From: Candidatus Flemingiibacterium sp.
GTDB lineage: Bacteria; Bacillota; Clostridia; Oscillospirales; CAG-272
Assembly (NCBI GenBank): GCA_045579745.1
Contig: JAZNMQ010000046.1
Location: 15,301 to 79,300 of the forward strand
DNA length: 64,000 bases
Direction: 5' to 3'
The notes beneath the pieces were generated by a model. That model searched no databases. It had not been told where the DNA came from and was given only the letters and a program-made list of their open reading frames with translations. Shown here piece by piece: positions 18,264 to 26,568 of this stretch (position 1 is its first letter; each line of letters opens with the position of its first letter). The translations under genes were made by a program, and so were the position numbers.

Positions 18264-19056
18264 GATATCTCGCTTTCAGCTCACGCAGGAATTCAACCGC
18301 TTTGCGAATGTCGGCAACAGGATCCTCGCCGACCTCTCGTTCAATCGTCAAAAAGCCGTCGAATCCACTTTTTGCGAGATTTGGAAGATATGTATCAAAG
18401 TTTACATCGCCCTCGCCGAGCGGAAGCTCGATATAATGGCCCTCGTTGATCATTTTGCCATCCTTGGCGTGAGTATGGACGATATATTTTGACAGCTCGT
18501 GAACCGCAAGTTCTGGACGATCGCCGACACACATAACAAGATTCGCCGGGTCAAAGTTAACTCGGACTCCCGACGCACCGAGGCTGTCGAGAAAATCTCT
18601 GAGAACAATGGCTTTTTCGGGACCGGTTTCAACAGCAAACACTGCTCCGACGGAGTCTGCATATTCCGCAAGCTCCCGACAGGCGTTGTGCATCACTTCA
18701 TAGGTCTTGTTGATGGTGGTTGGGATCTTTCCGATATGAGTTGTCACAATTTTGCATCCAAGCTCACATGAAAGCTCAAGTATCCTCTTTGAGGCATCGA
18801 TCCTCCATCTGTTCTCGGATTCTTCCATGAAGCCGTGTGAACCAAAATCTCCGCAAAGTGCACTTAATGTCAGACCGTATGAGCTTAACAGATCACGCAC
18901 TTTTCCGAGTTCTTGAGCTGTCATTTCGTCATATTTAAGAAGCCCTCTCGCCGCATTTATCTGAACGCCATCAACGCCGAGCTTTGCGGCAAGCGCAACA
19001 GAAGACTCAAGAGGCAAACGAAATGATTCAGCCATTACACCGAGCTTCATTGGCAA
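18256..19056 (-). CDS. sugar phosphate isomerase/epimerase (xylose isomerase-like TIM barrel)
   Basis: 266 aa. The pattern of conserved E/H/D metal ligands (VTTHIG, AVETGPE, HTHAKD, LTIERE) is typical of the AP-endonuclease-2/IolE-like TIM barrel family. Confidence 0.8.
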   Translation of the reverse strand: MPMKLGVMAESFRLPLESSVALAAKLGVDGVQINAARGLLKYDEMTAQELGKVRDLLSSYGLTLSALCGDFGSHGFMEESENRWRIDASKRILELSCELGCKIVTTHIGKIPTTINKTYEVMHNACRELAEYADSVGAVFAVETGPEKAIVLRDFLDSLGASGVRVNFDPANLVMCVGDRPELAVHELSKYIVHTHAKDGKMINEGHYIELPLGEGDVNFDTYLPNLAKSGFDGFLTIEREVGEDPVADIRKAVEFLRELKARYHV

Positions 19057-19063
19057 ATTCTCC

Positions 19064-19669
19064 TTAATATCTTGTTTTTGCGAGAATTACAGAGGAATTG
19101 TAATACTTGATAACCTTGAGCGTTTTTTCGGTTGCTTCGAAAAATACCACGCAGTCACCTGCATTTTCATCCTTGAAGATTCCGAAATAAACATCAGGTG
19201 AATCAAGGGACGAAACACATAAGCAGCGGTTTTGTGCAGGAATAGCGTCAGCTTCTGCCTTGTATTCGCCGTTATATGGCGCAATTCTTGACATTGAACT
19301 GACTCTGACTCGGCATAGCTCGCGCATGTTTTTGCCGCCGAATGTTTCCAAAAATTTCATCTCACCGTCGAGAATGTAGTATTCGCACTCGATGGAAACA
19401 TATCTCCAAGTGAAGAATACAAGAACCCAAATGAAAAGCGGGAGGAAGGTTATAGCCATCGGCAACTTGATGTTGATTCCGGGAATCACTCCAAGGAAAA
19501 AGCAGAAATAGAAGATTGCAAACACAACATAACCGGAAATCAGAAGGGCACGGTGAAGCTTGAGCTTTGAATCTGCCTTCTTTTTTACCCCGTAATTTAC
19601 AAAATTCGTTGAACTGTTGTCCCCTGCATCTGCCGCGCGAACATATTTTTCCATCTTACCCTTTGTCAT
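19064..19669 (-). CDS. hypothetical membrane protein
   Basis: 201 aa with two central TM helices (LLISGYVVFAIFYFCFFLGVIPG, MAITFLPLFIWVLVFFTW). Lies between the oxidoreductase and isomerase genes with gaps of 17 and 7 nt. No family recognised. Confidence 0.5.
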   Translation of the reverse strand: MTKGKMEKYVRAADAGDNSSTNFVNYGVKKKADSKLKLHRALLISGYVVFAIFYFCFFLGVIPGINIKLPMAITFLPLFIWVLVFFTWRYVSIECEYYILDGEMKFLETFGGKNMRELCRVRVSSMSRIAPYNGEYKAEADAIPAQNRCLCVSSLDSPDVYFGIFKDENAGDCVVFFEATEKTLKVIKYYNSSVILAKTRY

Positions 19670-19686
19670 GAGTCGATTACCTGCTA

Positions 19687-20670
19687 TTAAAGAGTTACGA
19701 TAGTATTGGTGCGGTCTCCGATGTAAGCGTTTTCGAGAAGTCTTGTCAGGTCGATAGCATCATCGATTCCGAGAAGTGCGGGAGAACCTGTCTTGTTAAT
19801 GCATGCATCAACAAACTGAACGATAGGAGCGGGGTCAGCCTTCGGGAGCGCGGGTCTTACCCAATCATTTGTGTACGGAGCGATTTTTGTAGAGCGGAAT
19901 TTAATCTCGCCGTTGTTGCTGATAAGTGCGCCTTCGGAACCGTATACTTCAAACGCGTTGGGAGAATCGGTTGAGATAAAGCCGGTCTCAGCGATACCGA
20001 TAATGCCGTTCTCAAATTCAATGATAGCAACAGCATTCTCATCGAGCTTGCTTCCATGAGGAGCGTTGAACATACCTGTGATTCTCTTGGGCTTGCCGCC
20101 GAAGTATGCAAGGTCATACATAGGATGGCAGCCGAGGTCCATCATTGCACCGCCTGCAGCCTGAGATTCGTCGAACCAATAGCCGGGGAGCCAGCCGAGA
20201 GCAAGTCCATTGTGAGCGTTTCGGCGGCGAATCATGGAAATAGTACCGAAAGCACCGTCATCGATCATCTTTTTAATGAATTTGAAAACGGGTGCTCCGC
20301 GCTGAGGATAGGAAATAGTGAAGATAACTCCTGCTTCTTCGATAGCTTTCTTTACCTCAAGGCACTCTGCAACAGTCGGGCAAAGCGCTTTTTCGGTGAA
20401 GATGTGCTTTCCTGCCTTAGCAGCAGCGATAATGATATCTTTATGAGCGGTAGTAGCAGCGTCAACGATAACAGCCTCAATATCGTCACGAGCGAGAAGC
20501 TTGTTAAGGTCAGCCTCAAAATCTGCACCGAGCTCCTTAGCCCAAGCGCTGCCGCGACCTTCGTTCTCGTCCCAAACTGCCTTGATTGTAACCTTTCCGG
20601 TGTCAAGAAGGTTCTTTGCATAACCGCCGGCATGTACATGCCATTTGCTGAGCATTGCAACATTCAACAT
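19687..20670 (-). CDS. Gfo/Idh/MocA family oxidoreductase
   Basis: N-terminal Rossmann region and a C-terminal GFO_IDH_MocA-type fold. Start moved to ATG 20668-20670 (MLNVAMLSKW), after GTGAGGT. Confidence 0.85.
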   Translation of the reverse strand: MLNVAMLSKWHVHAGGYAKNLLDTGKVTIKAVWDENEGRGSAWAKELGADFEADLNKLLARDDIEAVIVDAATTAHKDIIIAAAKAGKHIFTEKALCPTVAECLEVKKAIEEAGVIFTISYPQRGAPVFKFIKKMIDDGAFGTISMIRRRNAHNGLALGWLPGYWFDESQAAGGAMMDLGCHPMYDLAYFGGKPKRITGMFNAPHGSKLDENAVAIIEFENGIIGIAETGFISTDSPNAFEVYGSEGALISNNGEIKFRSTKIAPYTNDWVRPALPKADPAPIVQFVDACINKTGSPALLGIDDAIDLTRLLENAYIGDRTNTIVTL

Positions 20671-20719
20671 AATATTGTACCTCACTTTGAGTTTTATTCG
20701 TGCATATCACACTAACTGT

Positions 20720-20748
20720 ATTATAGCATGATTGTTTTTCAATTGCAA
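20720..20748 (-). promoter_or_regulatory. sigma-A-type promoter of the oxidoreductase-membrane protein-isomerase-ANT operon
   Basis: Minus strand reads TTGCAA (20743-20748), 17 bp spacer, TATAAT (20720-20725). Confidence 0.6.
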
Positions 20749-20760
20749 TAGTTTTCCTGA

Positions 20761-20778
20761 AAAAAGCAATTGCTTTTT
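20761..20778. repeat. perfect 18-bp palindrome AAAAAGCAATTGCTTTTT
   Basis: Read directly. Lies 13 nt upstream of the -35 of the 20720-20748 promoter and just downstream (minus sense) of the 20791-20828 terminator. Confidence 0.7.
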
Positions 20779-20790
20779 GCGCGTAAAACC

Positions 20791-20828
20791 AAGAAAAGGA
20801 GCTGTTGCACTTAAGTGCAACAGCTTCC
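20791..20828 (-). terminator. rho-independent terminator after the 20835-21878 oxidoreductase gene
   Basis: Minus strand reads GGAAGCTGTTGCAC, loop TTAA, GTGCAACAGCTCC (one bulge), followed by TTTTCTT. Confidence 0.8.
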
Positions 20829-20834
20829 ATAAAA

Positions 20835-21878
20835 TCAGTCAAAATAAATTGTTTTACCCGTTCTTGCCGATTCGTAGATAGCATTAACAATGCGAACACT
20901 CTTGATTGCTTCAAGCGGAAGAATCTGCGGGTCGGTGTTGTTGATTATCGCATCAAGCATGTTTTCAACCATCGAAGCGTGTCCGGTAATAAGGGTAGGG
21001 TCGTTCTTTTCGGCGATGCGGTTTCCGCCGCCGTATTTTTCGAGCATTTCCTCTTCCTCTTCGTCCTCATCATCAGCATCGCGAAGCTTCCAACGCTTGA
21101 GTATATCAGCGTCTGCTTCGATAGTGCCGCCTGTTCCGTAAAGCTGAATATCGGTTGAGATTCCGGGATAAGCGCAGGTCGTGCTGACAAAGGTTGCAGC
21201 AGCGCCGCTCTTGAAGGTGACTACGGAAGCAGTCATATCCTCGGTTTCGATGTCGTGACCGTAAATACCCATAGTAGAATGAACACTTGTAACATCGCCC
21301 ATAAGCCACTGCATAAGGTCTACCGTGTGAACAGCCTGATTCATAAGGGAGCCGCCGCCGTCCATTGCCCAGGTGCCGTGCCAACCCTCATAATAATGCT
21401 GGTCGCGATACCACTTTACAGAGAAGGTTGCAAGAACCATCTTGCCAAGTCTGCCCGCGTCAACAGCCTCTTTAATAGGCTTCATGACTGCATTGTTGCG
21501 GTTTTGATGGATAACACCTGCGATTTTACCCGTGCGAATGCGTGCTTCTTCAATTTTGAGAGCCGCTTCGACGGTTATGTCAATCGGCTTTTCGACCAAA
21601 ACATGCTTGCCCGCTTCCATTGCTTTTACAGCAAATTCTGCGTGCATTGCGCTGGGAAGACAGATGCTTATTACATCGATTTCGCTATCTTTGAGCATTT
21701 CATCAAACTCTGTATAAGTCTTAGTACCGGGATAGCGTTCAACGATTTTGTCCATTTTTGATTGAATCAGGTCGCATACTGCAACGAGCTCGCATTTGGA
21801 GGATGCGGCGGCTGCGTCAACATGTGCCTTACCGATGCCGAGTCCGACTACGGCATATCCGAGCTTACCGTTTTTCAT
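20835..21878 (-). CDS. Gfo/Idh/MocA family oxidoreductase
   Basis: GYAVVGLGIGKAHV Rossmann motif and EKP motif (VLVEKPI). 347 aa. Confidence 0.85.
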   Translation of the reverse strand: MKNGKLGYAVVGLGIGKAHVDAAAASSKCELVAVCDLIQSKMDKIVERYPGTKTYTEFDEMLKDSEIDVISICLPSAMHAEFAVKAMEAGKHVLVEKPIDITVEAALKIEEARIRTGKIAGVIHQNRNNAVMKPIKEAVDAGRLGKMVLATFSVKWYRDQHYYEGWHGTWAMDGGGSLMNQAVHTVDLMQWLMGDVTSVHSTMGIYGHDIETEDMTASVVTFKSGAAATFVSTTCAYPGISTDIQLYGTGGTIEADADILKRWKLRDADDEDEEEEEMLEKYGGGNRIAEKNDPTLITGHASMVENMLDAIINNTDPQILPLEAIKSVRIVNAIYESARTGKTIYFD

Positions 21879-21999
21879 GATAATAGTCCTCTTAAAATAT
21901 AAAATTATTTGGATAGGAATGCTATAACCAATGTTATTATACTGCCGTTAAGCAAAAAAGTAAATAGTTTTTCAGAAAAAATGTTAATTTTAACATAAC

Positions 22000-22040
22000 C
22001 GAAAATTAAAAGGAATGATGCTATAAACATCATTCCTTTT
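22000..22040 (-). terminator. rho-independent terminator after rpsU
   Basis: AAAAGGAATGATG (22008-22020), a 7-nt loop, CATCATTCCTTTT (22028-22040). The minus sense is followed by AATTTT. Confidence 0.7.
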
Positions 22041-22072
22041 AATTATGAAATTCAATAAAAACTTGCGGTAAA

Positions 22073-22249
22073 TTATTTAGACTTACGCTTTCTAGCTGCT
22101 TCAGACTTTTTCTTGCGTTTTACGCTCGGCTTTTCGTAATGCTCTCTCTTACGAAGCTCAGAAAGAACTCCGGATCTTGCACACTGTCTCTTAAATCTGC
22201 GAAGTGCGCTGTCAAGCGACTCGTTTTCTTTTACTCTAACCTCTGCCAT
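22073..22249 (-). CDS. rpsU: 30S ribosomal protein S21
   Basis: [42 protein letters not shown] is canonical S21. Start at ATG 22247-22249 after GGAGGGAGGG. Confidence 0.9.
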   Translation of the reverse strand: MAEVRVKENESLDSALRRFKRQCARSGVLSELRKREHYEKPSVKRKKKSEAARKRKSK

Positions 22250-22314
22250 TACAACAATCCCTCCCTCCGCAAGTGGAAAGGAGATTAACATCTCCGAGAT
22301 TTTATCTCCACAAT

Positions 22315-22343
22315 ATTATACTATAAAATCCCGTGTGTGTCAA
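22315..22343 (-). promoter_or_regulatory. sigma-A-type promoter of rpsU
   Basis: Minus strand reads TTGACA (22338-22343), 17 bp spacer, TATAAT (22315-22320). Confidence 0.7.
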
Positions 22344-22472
22344 GGGCTTATCGGAATTTTGTGGAGATATTTTTTAAAATGCCAAAATTAGCTTAAAATT
22401 TGCATATACTATACCGACTCGGTAAAGAAAGTGTTAATTTTTGCGAGTGAAAAATAAAAATGAGAAAAACAC

Positions 22473-22501
22473 TTGCATTATTAAAAAAAATCTGATATAA
22501 T
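22473..22501 (+). promoter_or_regulatory. sigma-A-type promoter of the SRP RNA (and possibly dnaX)
   Basis: TTGCAT (22473-22478), 17 bp spacer, TATAAT (22496-22501). About 35 nt before the SRP RNA terminal helix. Confidence 0.65.
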
Positions 22502-22537
22502 ATATTATCGTCGGAAAAACTATGATACTAATTACAA

Positions 22538-22834
22538 GCTATAAAATAAGGCCATACCAGCCGGGGAATTAGCGGTGCCTTGTACCTGCAATCCGCTGTA
22601 GCAGGGGTGGATTCCTTTAATAAGGGCTGATTCTGTGTGGTCTGCGCGTCGGATTTTATGTGATGACGGATGGGTCTCACGCAATCGGAAGCCGTGAACC
22701 ATGTCAGGTGGGGAACCAAGCAGCATTAAGCGGTCACTCCGATGTGCCGCGAGGTCGCCTGTCCCGAGCATATGCCGGCGTTTGCGCGCATAGAATCAGT
22801 TCGAATTATCGGTGTGTGGCCTTATTTTATAGCT
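22538..22834 (+). ncRNA. ffs: signal recognition particle RNA, long (Bacillus-type, with Alu domain)
   Basis: Domain IV motif GTCAGGTGGGGAACCAAGCAGC at 22703-22724, with a GGAA tetraloop. A 17-bp perfect terminal helix pairs AGCTATAAAATAAGGCC (22538-22554) with GGCCTTATTTTATAGCT (22818-22834). Sits immediately upstream of dnaX, as scr does in B. subtilis. A consensus promoter lies at 22473-22501. Mature ends are not determinable by eye. Confidence 0.8.
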
Positions 22835-22898
22835 TGTACAATTATATATGCTCCGTTAAATGTGCTGACTGGCTTGAGGTGCTTCGCGAAAAGCCTGA

Positions 22899-22930
22899 AA
22901 CAGCAACGTAGCTATATAAAAGCTGTTTTT
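22899..22930 (+). terminator. weak hairpin plus T-run downstream of the SRP RNA
   Basis: AACAGC (22899-22904) pairs with GCTGTT (22922-27), followed by TTT. Short stem and large loop. May only attenuate read-through into dnaX. Confidence 0.3.
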
Positions 22931-22968
22931 GCGTTTGATAAACGATTTTTGGGAAAGGGAGTGATGGC

Positions 22969-24561
22969 TTGCATCAGGCGCTTTATCGCAAGTGGCGTCC
23001 TAAGACGTTTTCCGATGTCTGCGGGCAGGAACATATCACCTCAATCCTGCGTTATCAAGTGGAAATGAGCAAGACCAATCATGCCTATCTTTTTTGCGGA
23101 ACCCGCGGAACGGGTAAAACCACCTGCGCCAAGATTCTTGCAAAGGCTGTAAACTGCAAAAATCCGAAAAACGGCGATCCGTGCGGAGAATGCGAGGCGT
23201 GCAAAAGCGCAGACCTTTCGGGCTGTATAGATATCGTAGAAATGGACGCGGCTTCCAACAACGGTGTTGACGATATAAGGCAAATCCGCGACGAGGTCGA
23301 GTATCTCCCGGCAGAATTAAAATTTAAGGTTTATATCATCGACGAAGTACATATGCTGTCGGCAAGCGCATTTAACGCACTGCTCAAAACGCTTGAAGAA
23401 CCGCCGGCTCATGTGATGTTTATTCTCGCGACCACAGAGCTTCAGAAGATTCCGACAACCATTCTTTCGCGTTGTCAGCGTTTCGATTTCAGACGCATTA
23501 CAGGCGACGTCATAGCCGCGCGGCTAGAGTATATCGCGAGTGAAGAGGGTATCTCGATCGAACATGACGCGGCGTTTATGTTAGCGCATCTTGCACAGGG
23601 CGGCATGAGAGATGCAATTTCGCTGCTTGAGCTATGCGCCGGTGACAACAGACCGGTTACCTGTGAGGTCGTTGAAGAGATCGCAGGTACAGGCGGACGC
23701 GATGTTATCGTCAAGCTTCTTGAAGCGATATGCGACAAGGATTATGACGTTATTTTCTCAGAGATTGGCAAGCTTTTTATGTCGAGCAAGGATATAACTG
23801 TTTTTTGGCAGGATATGATTGCTTTTTATCGGGACATGCTTGTCGTTAAGACAACAAAAGGGGCTAGAGATTATCTCGAGCTCTCGGAGAAGCAGTACGC
23901 ACAGCTCGTTGAAATTGCGGCAAGATTTGCGACCGAAACTCTGATATATCACGCAAAGCTACTCGATGAAGCACTTATCTCAATGAGAACAAGTACATCT
24001 AAAAGGTTGACAGCCGAAATGACACTCATTCGAATGAGTGACGAACGGTTCTCAGCGTCAAACGAGTCGTTGGCTTCAAGGCTTACAAAGCTCGAAGATA
24101 AGCTGAAATCGGGTGCATTCAAGCTGTCAAATCAAACGGAGAATGATCAGACAAAGCCGATTGTTCAGCTTGAAGCGGAGGATGAATCCCCCGAAAAGCC
24201 ATCCGACGAAACAGCTGAAAAAACCGATTCGGTTGGGAAAAAGGAATACCGACAGCTTCCGTATTGGGCGGATTTTGTTCAGAAATGCTGCGAAAGCGAC
24301 CAGATGCTCGGCAGCTTGCTCAGAAGCTCTTCAAAGGGCTTTACGGTAAATACTGATGATCTGATCCACATACGCACAGGAAACAAAATGGCACTCACTA
24401 TTATCACAAACATGTTTTCGACTATGCTCGAAATATTAAATACATTTGAGGACGGGCGGCTTGATTCCAATATGGTAAAGCTCGAATATTCGCCCGAAAA
24501 AAAGGAAGACAAATTCAAGGCACTTGACGAGCTTGCCCGTAATGCCAAGAATATTGATTAA
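22969..24561 (+). CDS. dnaX: DNA polymerase III subunit gamma/tau
   Basis: YRKWRPKTFSDVCGQEHI, Walker A GTRGTGKTT, a zinc module CGECEACK, and SRCQRFDF. TTG start 22969 after AAGGGAG. Confidence 0.92.
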   Translation: MHQALYRKWRPKTFSDVCGQEHITSILRYQVEMSKTNHAYLFCGTRGTGKTTCAKILAKAVNCKNPKNGDPCGECEACKSADLSGCIDIVEMDAASNNGVDDIRQIRDEVEYLPAELKFKVYIIDEVHMLSASAFNALLKTLEEPPAHVMFILATTELQKIPTTILSRCQRFDFRRITGDVIAARLEYIASEEGISIEHDAAFMLAHLAQGGMRDAISLLELCAGDNRPVTCEVVEEIAGTGGRDVIVKLLEAICDKDYDVIFSEIGKLFMSSKDITVFWQDMIAFYRDMLVVKTTKGARDYLELSEKQYAQLVEIAARFATETLIYHAKLLDEALISMRTSTSKRLTAEMTLIRMSDERFSASNESLASRLTKLEDKLKSGAFKLSNQTENDQTKPIVQLEAEDESPEKPSDETAEKTDSVGKKEYRQLPYWADFVQKCCESDQMLGSLLRSSSKGFTVNTDDLIHIRTGNKMALTIITNMFSTMLEILNTFEDGRLDSNMVKLEYSPEKKEDKFKALDELARNAKNID

Positions 24562-24588
24562 AATTTATTTTTGAAAGGGAATAATTTC

Positions 24589-24936
24589 ATGAAAGCACGT
24601 TTACCGAAGGGAATGGGCGGCGGCCCTCAGAATATGAATGCAATGATCAAGCAGGCACAGAAGATGCAGGCTGATATGGAAGCTCTCCAGGAGGAGCTCG
24701 ACGCACGCGAATATGATGTTTCTGTCGGCGGCGGAGTAATAGGCGTAAAGATCAACGGAAAGAAGGAAATCCTTTCAATCGACATTAAGCCTGAGATTGT
24801 TGACCCCGATGATATCGAAACACTTTCTGACACCTTGGTTGCAGCAGTTAATGAGGCTATTAAGAAGGTCGAGGAAACCAACAGCTCGGAAATGCAGAAA
24901 ATTACCGGTGATATAAACGTTCCGGGATTGTTTTAA
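24589..24936 (+). CDS. ybaB: YbaB/EbfC family nucleoid-associated protein
   Basis: [23 protein letters not shown] is the family signature. Canonical position between dnaX and recR. ATG 24589 lies 8 nt after AAGGGA. Confidence 0.9.
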   Translation: MKARLPKGMGGGPQNMNAMIKQAQKMQADMEALQEELDAREYDVSVGGGVIGVKINGKKEILSIDIKPEIVDPDDIETLSDTLVAAVNEAIKKVEETNSSEMQKITGDINVPGLF

Positions 24937-24941
24937 GAGAT

Positions 24942-25541
24942 ATGGCGGAATACGTTCTGCCGCTTGAAAAGCTTATCGAGCAGTTCAGACGTCTGCCCGG
25001 TATTGGTAAAAAAACGGCGGTCAGGCTTGCGTTCTCGGTGCTCGATTTCACTGCAGAGGAAGCTTATGCTTTCGCCGATGCGATAAGAAACGCAAAAGAC
25101 CAGATGCGTACCTGCAGGGTGTGTCAGAATATTACCGACGGGGAAATTTGTTCGATATGCGCTGACGAAAAGCGCGATGGATCTGTGATATGCGTTGTTG
25201 AGGATGCAAAGGCGGTCATGTCACTTGAAAAGGTCAAGGAATATGACGGAGTGTATCATGTGCTTCACGGTGCCATATCGCCTATGGCAGGCATCGGTCC
25301 GGATAAGCTGAAAATAGCTGAGCTCATCAGCCGTCTTGCTGACGGAAGCGTCAAGGAGATCATTATAGCAACCAATCCGACAATCGAGGGAGAGGCTACT
25401 GCAATGTATCTCACAAAATTGATAAAGCCGCTCGGCATTAAGGTTTCAAGGCTTGCGTACGGTATTCCAGTTGGCGGTGAGCTTGAATACGCAGACGAGG
25501 TTACGCTTATGCGCGCTATCGAGGGCCGTCGTATAATGTGA
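24942..25541 (+). CDS. recR: recombination protein RecR
   Basis: [21 protein letters not shown] (HhH), a C4 zinc finger [16 protein letters not shown], and a Toprim region. Confidence 0.95.
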   Translation: MAEYVLPLEKLIEQFRRLPGIGKKTAVRLAFSVLDFTAEEAYAFADAIRNAKDQMRTCRVCQNITDGEICSICADEKRDGSVICVVEDAKAVMSLEKVKEYDGVYHVLHGAISPMAGIGPDKLKIAELISRLADGSVKEIIIATNPTIEGEATAMYLTKLIKPLGIKVSRLAYGIPVGGELEYADEVTLMRAIEGRRIM

Positions 25542-25569
25542 ACAAAATTGGACAATTTTCTTATAACTA

Positions 25570-25598
25570 TTGACAAATCGGATAAAATAATATATAAT
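25570..25598 (+). promoter_or_regulatory. sigma-A-type promoter of yceD-rpmF
   Basis: TTGACA (25570-25575), 17 bp spacer, TATAAT (25593-25598). Confidence 0.7.
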
Positions 25599-25637
25599 TA
25601 GTAGGTTAGTTGATTTTGGTATGCTGGAGGTGCGGTC

Positions 25638-26165
25638 ATGGCAATAGATATGCGCCCGCTTCTTAAGGGTGAAGTTAGCAAAATATCGCTTGAGCAGGAC
25701 TTTCCGATAAAAAACGAAGACTATATGTTTGATACCGAGATTGACGATGTGGTTTTTACAAAGGATGCTCATATCAGCGGCGAAATCACAGATATGGGCG
25801 GGTACATCCGACTTGACGCGATAGCAAGCGTAGAATACAACACCGAATGTGCAAGGTGCCTGAAGGAATTGACACGCACATTTGAGGTTAGAGTTGAAAG
25901 AACCGTCGTTAATCGCGGCGAGCTTGTCAACACATCCGAGGACGATGGCGAGGAATATATCGAAATCGTTGACGGAATGCTTGATGTCGAGAGAGTTTCA
26001 GCAGAACAGATTATTATGGATTTTCCCATGAAGGACATCTGCAGCGAGGATTGTAAAGGGTTGTGCCCAAAGTGCGGAAAGAATCTTAACGAGGGTGAAT
26101 GCAATTGCCCTAAAAAAGAAATCGACCCAAGACTTGAAATTTTGCAGAAACTACTTGAAAAGTAA
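25638..26165 (+). CDS. yceD: YceD family protein (DUF177, large-subunit ribosome maturation-associated)
   Basis: C-terminal CSEDCKGLCPKCGKNLNEGECNC motif. Directly upstream of rpmF. Confidence 0.85.
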   Translation: MAIDMRPLLKGEVSKISLEQDFPIKNEDYMFDTEIDDVVFTKDAHISGEITDMGGYIRLDAIASVEYNTECARCLKELTRTFEVRVERTVVNRGELVNTSEDDGEEYIEIVDGMLDVERVSAEQIIMDFPMKDICSEDCKGLCPKCGKNLNEGECNCPKKEIDPRLEILQKLLEK

Positions 26166-26217
26166 TAATATTTGATGTATAATAAAAAGTGTTATACAAT
26201 TAAGGAGGTGTCGTAAA

Positions 26218-26394
26218 ATGGCAGTACCGAAGAAAAAAGTCTCAAGTGCGAGACGTGACAAAAGACGTTCCAATGTTTGGAAGCTCGATATGCCGGGTAT
26301 GGTAAAGTGCCCGAAGTGCGGTGAATACAACCTCGCTCACAGAGTTTGCAAGGCTTGCGGTTCCTATAACGGAAAGCAGGTTATCAGCAAGTAA
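26218..26394 (+). CDS. rpmF: 50S ribosomal protein L32
   Basis: Not in the ORF track (58 codons). Read directly: [67 protein letters not shown] lies 7 nt upstream and a terminator follows at 26418-26445. Confidence 0.92.
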   Translation: MAVPKKKVSSARRDKRRSNVWKLDMPGMVKCPKCGEYNLAHRVCKACGSYNGKQVISK

Positions 26395-26417
26395 TTGTTT
26401 GTCCAAATATGCGGATA

Positions 26418-26445
26418 AAGGGGATGCCGATTGGCACCCCTTTTT
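26418..26445 (+). terminator. rho-independent terminator after rpmF
   Basis: AGGGGATGCC, loop GATT, GGCACCCCT (one bulge), followed by TTTT. Confidence 0.8.
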
Positions 26446-26491
26446 GCCATTTTTGAAAGTGTGTGCAGTATTGGCTGTATTCGGAAAAAAG

Positions 26492-26520
26492 TTGACAAAA
26501 TATGAAAAATGGTTTAAAAT
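26492..26520 (+). promoter_or_regulatory. sigma-A-type promoter of the hypothetical/GNAT pair
   Basis: TTGACA (26492-26497), 17 bp spacer, TAAAAT (26515-26520). Confidence 0.6.
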
Positions 26521-26568
26521 AATTAAAGAATGCTATAGTAATCTTATTGCTTTTTGTGAGGTGATAGC

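Noticed and set aside
22528-23068. Five overlapping track ORFs (both strands) between rpsU and dnaX.
   Set aside because: They overlie the SRP RNA gene and its flanks. The region is explained by the ncRNA, and the ORFs lack SDs.
24498-24504. In-frame A AAA AAG heptamer in dnaX, identical to the E. coli -1 frameshift slippery site that makes the gamma subunit.
   Set aside because: It lies only ~20 codons before the natural stop. A -1 shift would give KKGRQIQGT* and change the protein length by about 10 residues. That is not a tau/gamma-type truncation. I saw no downstream stem-loop, so it is most likely chance.
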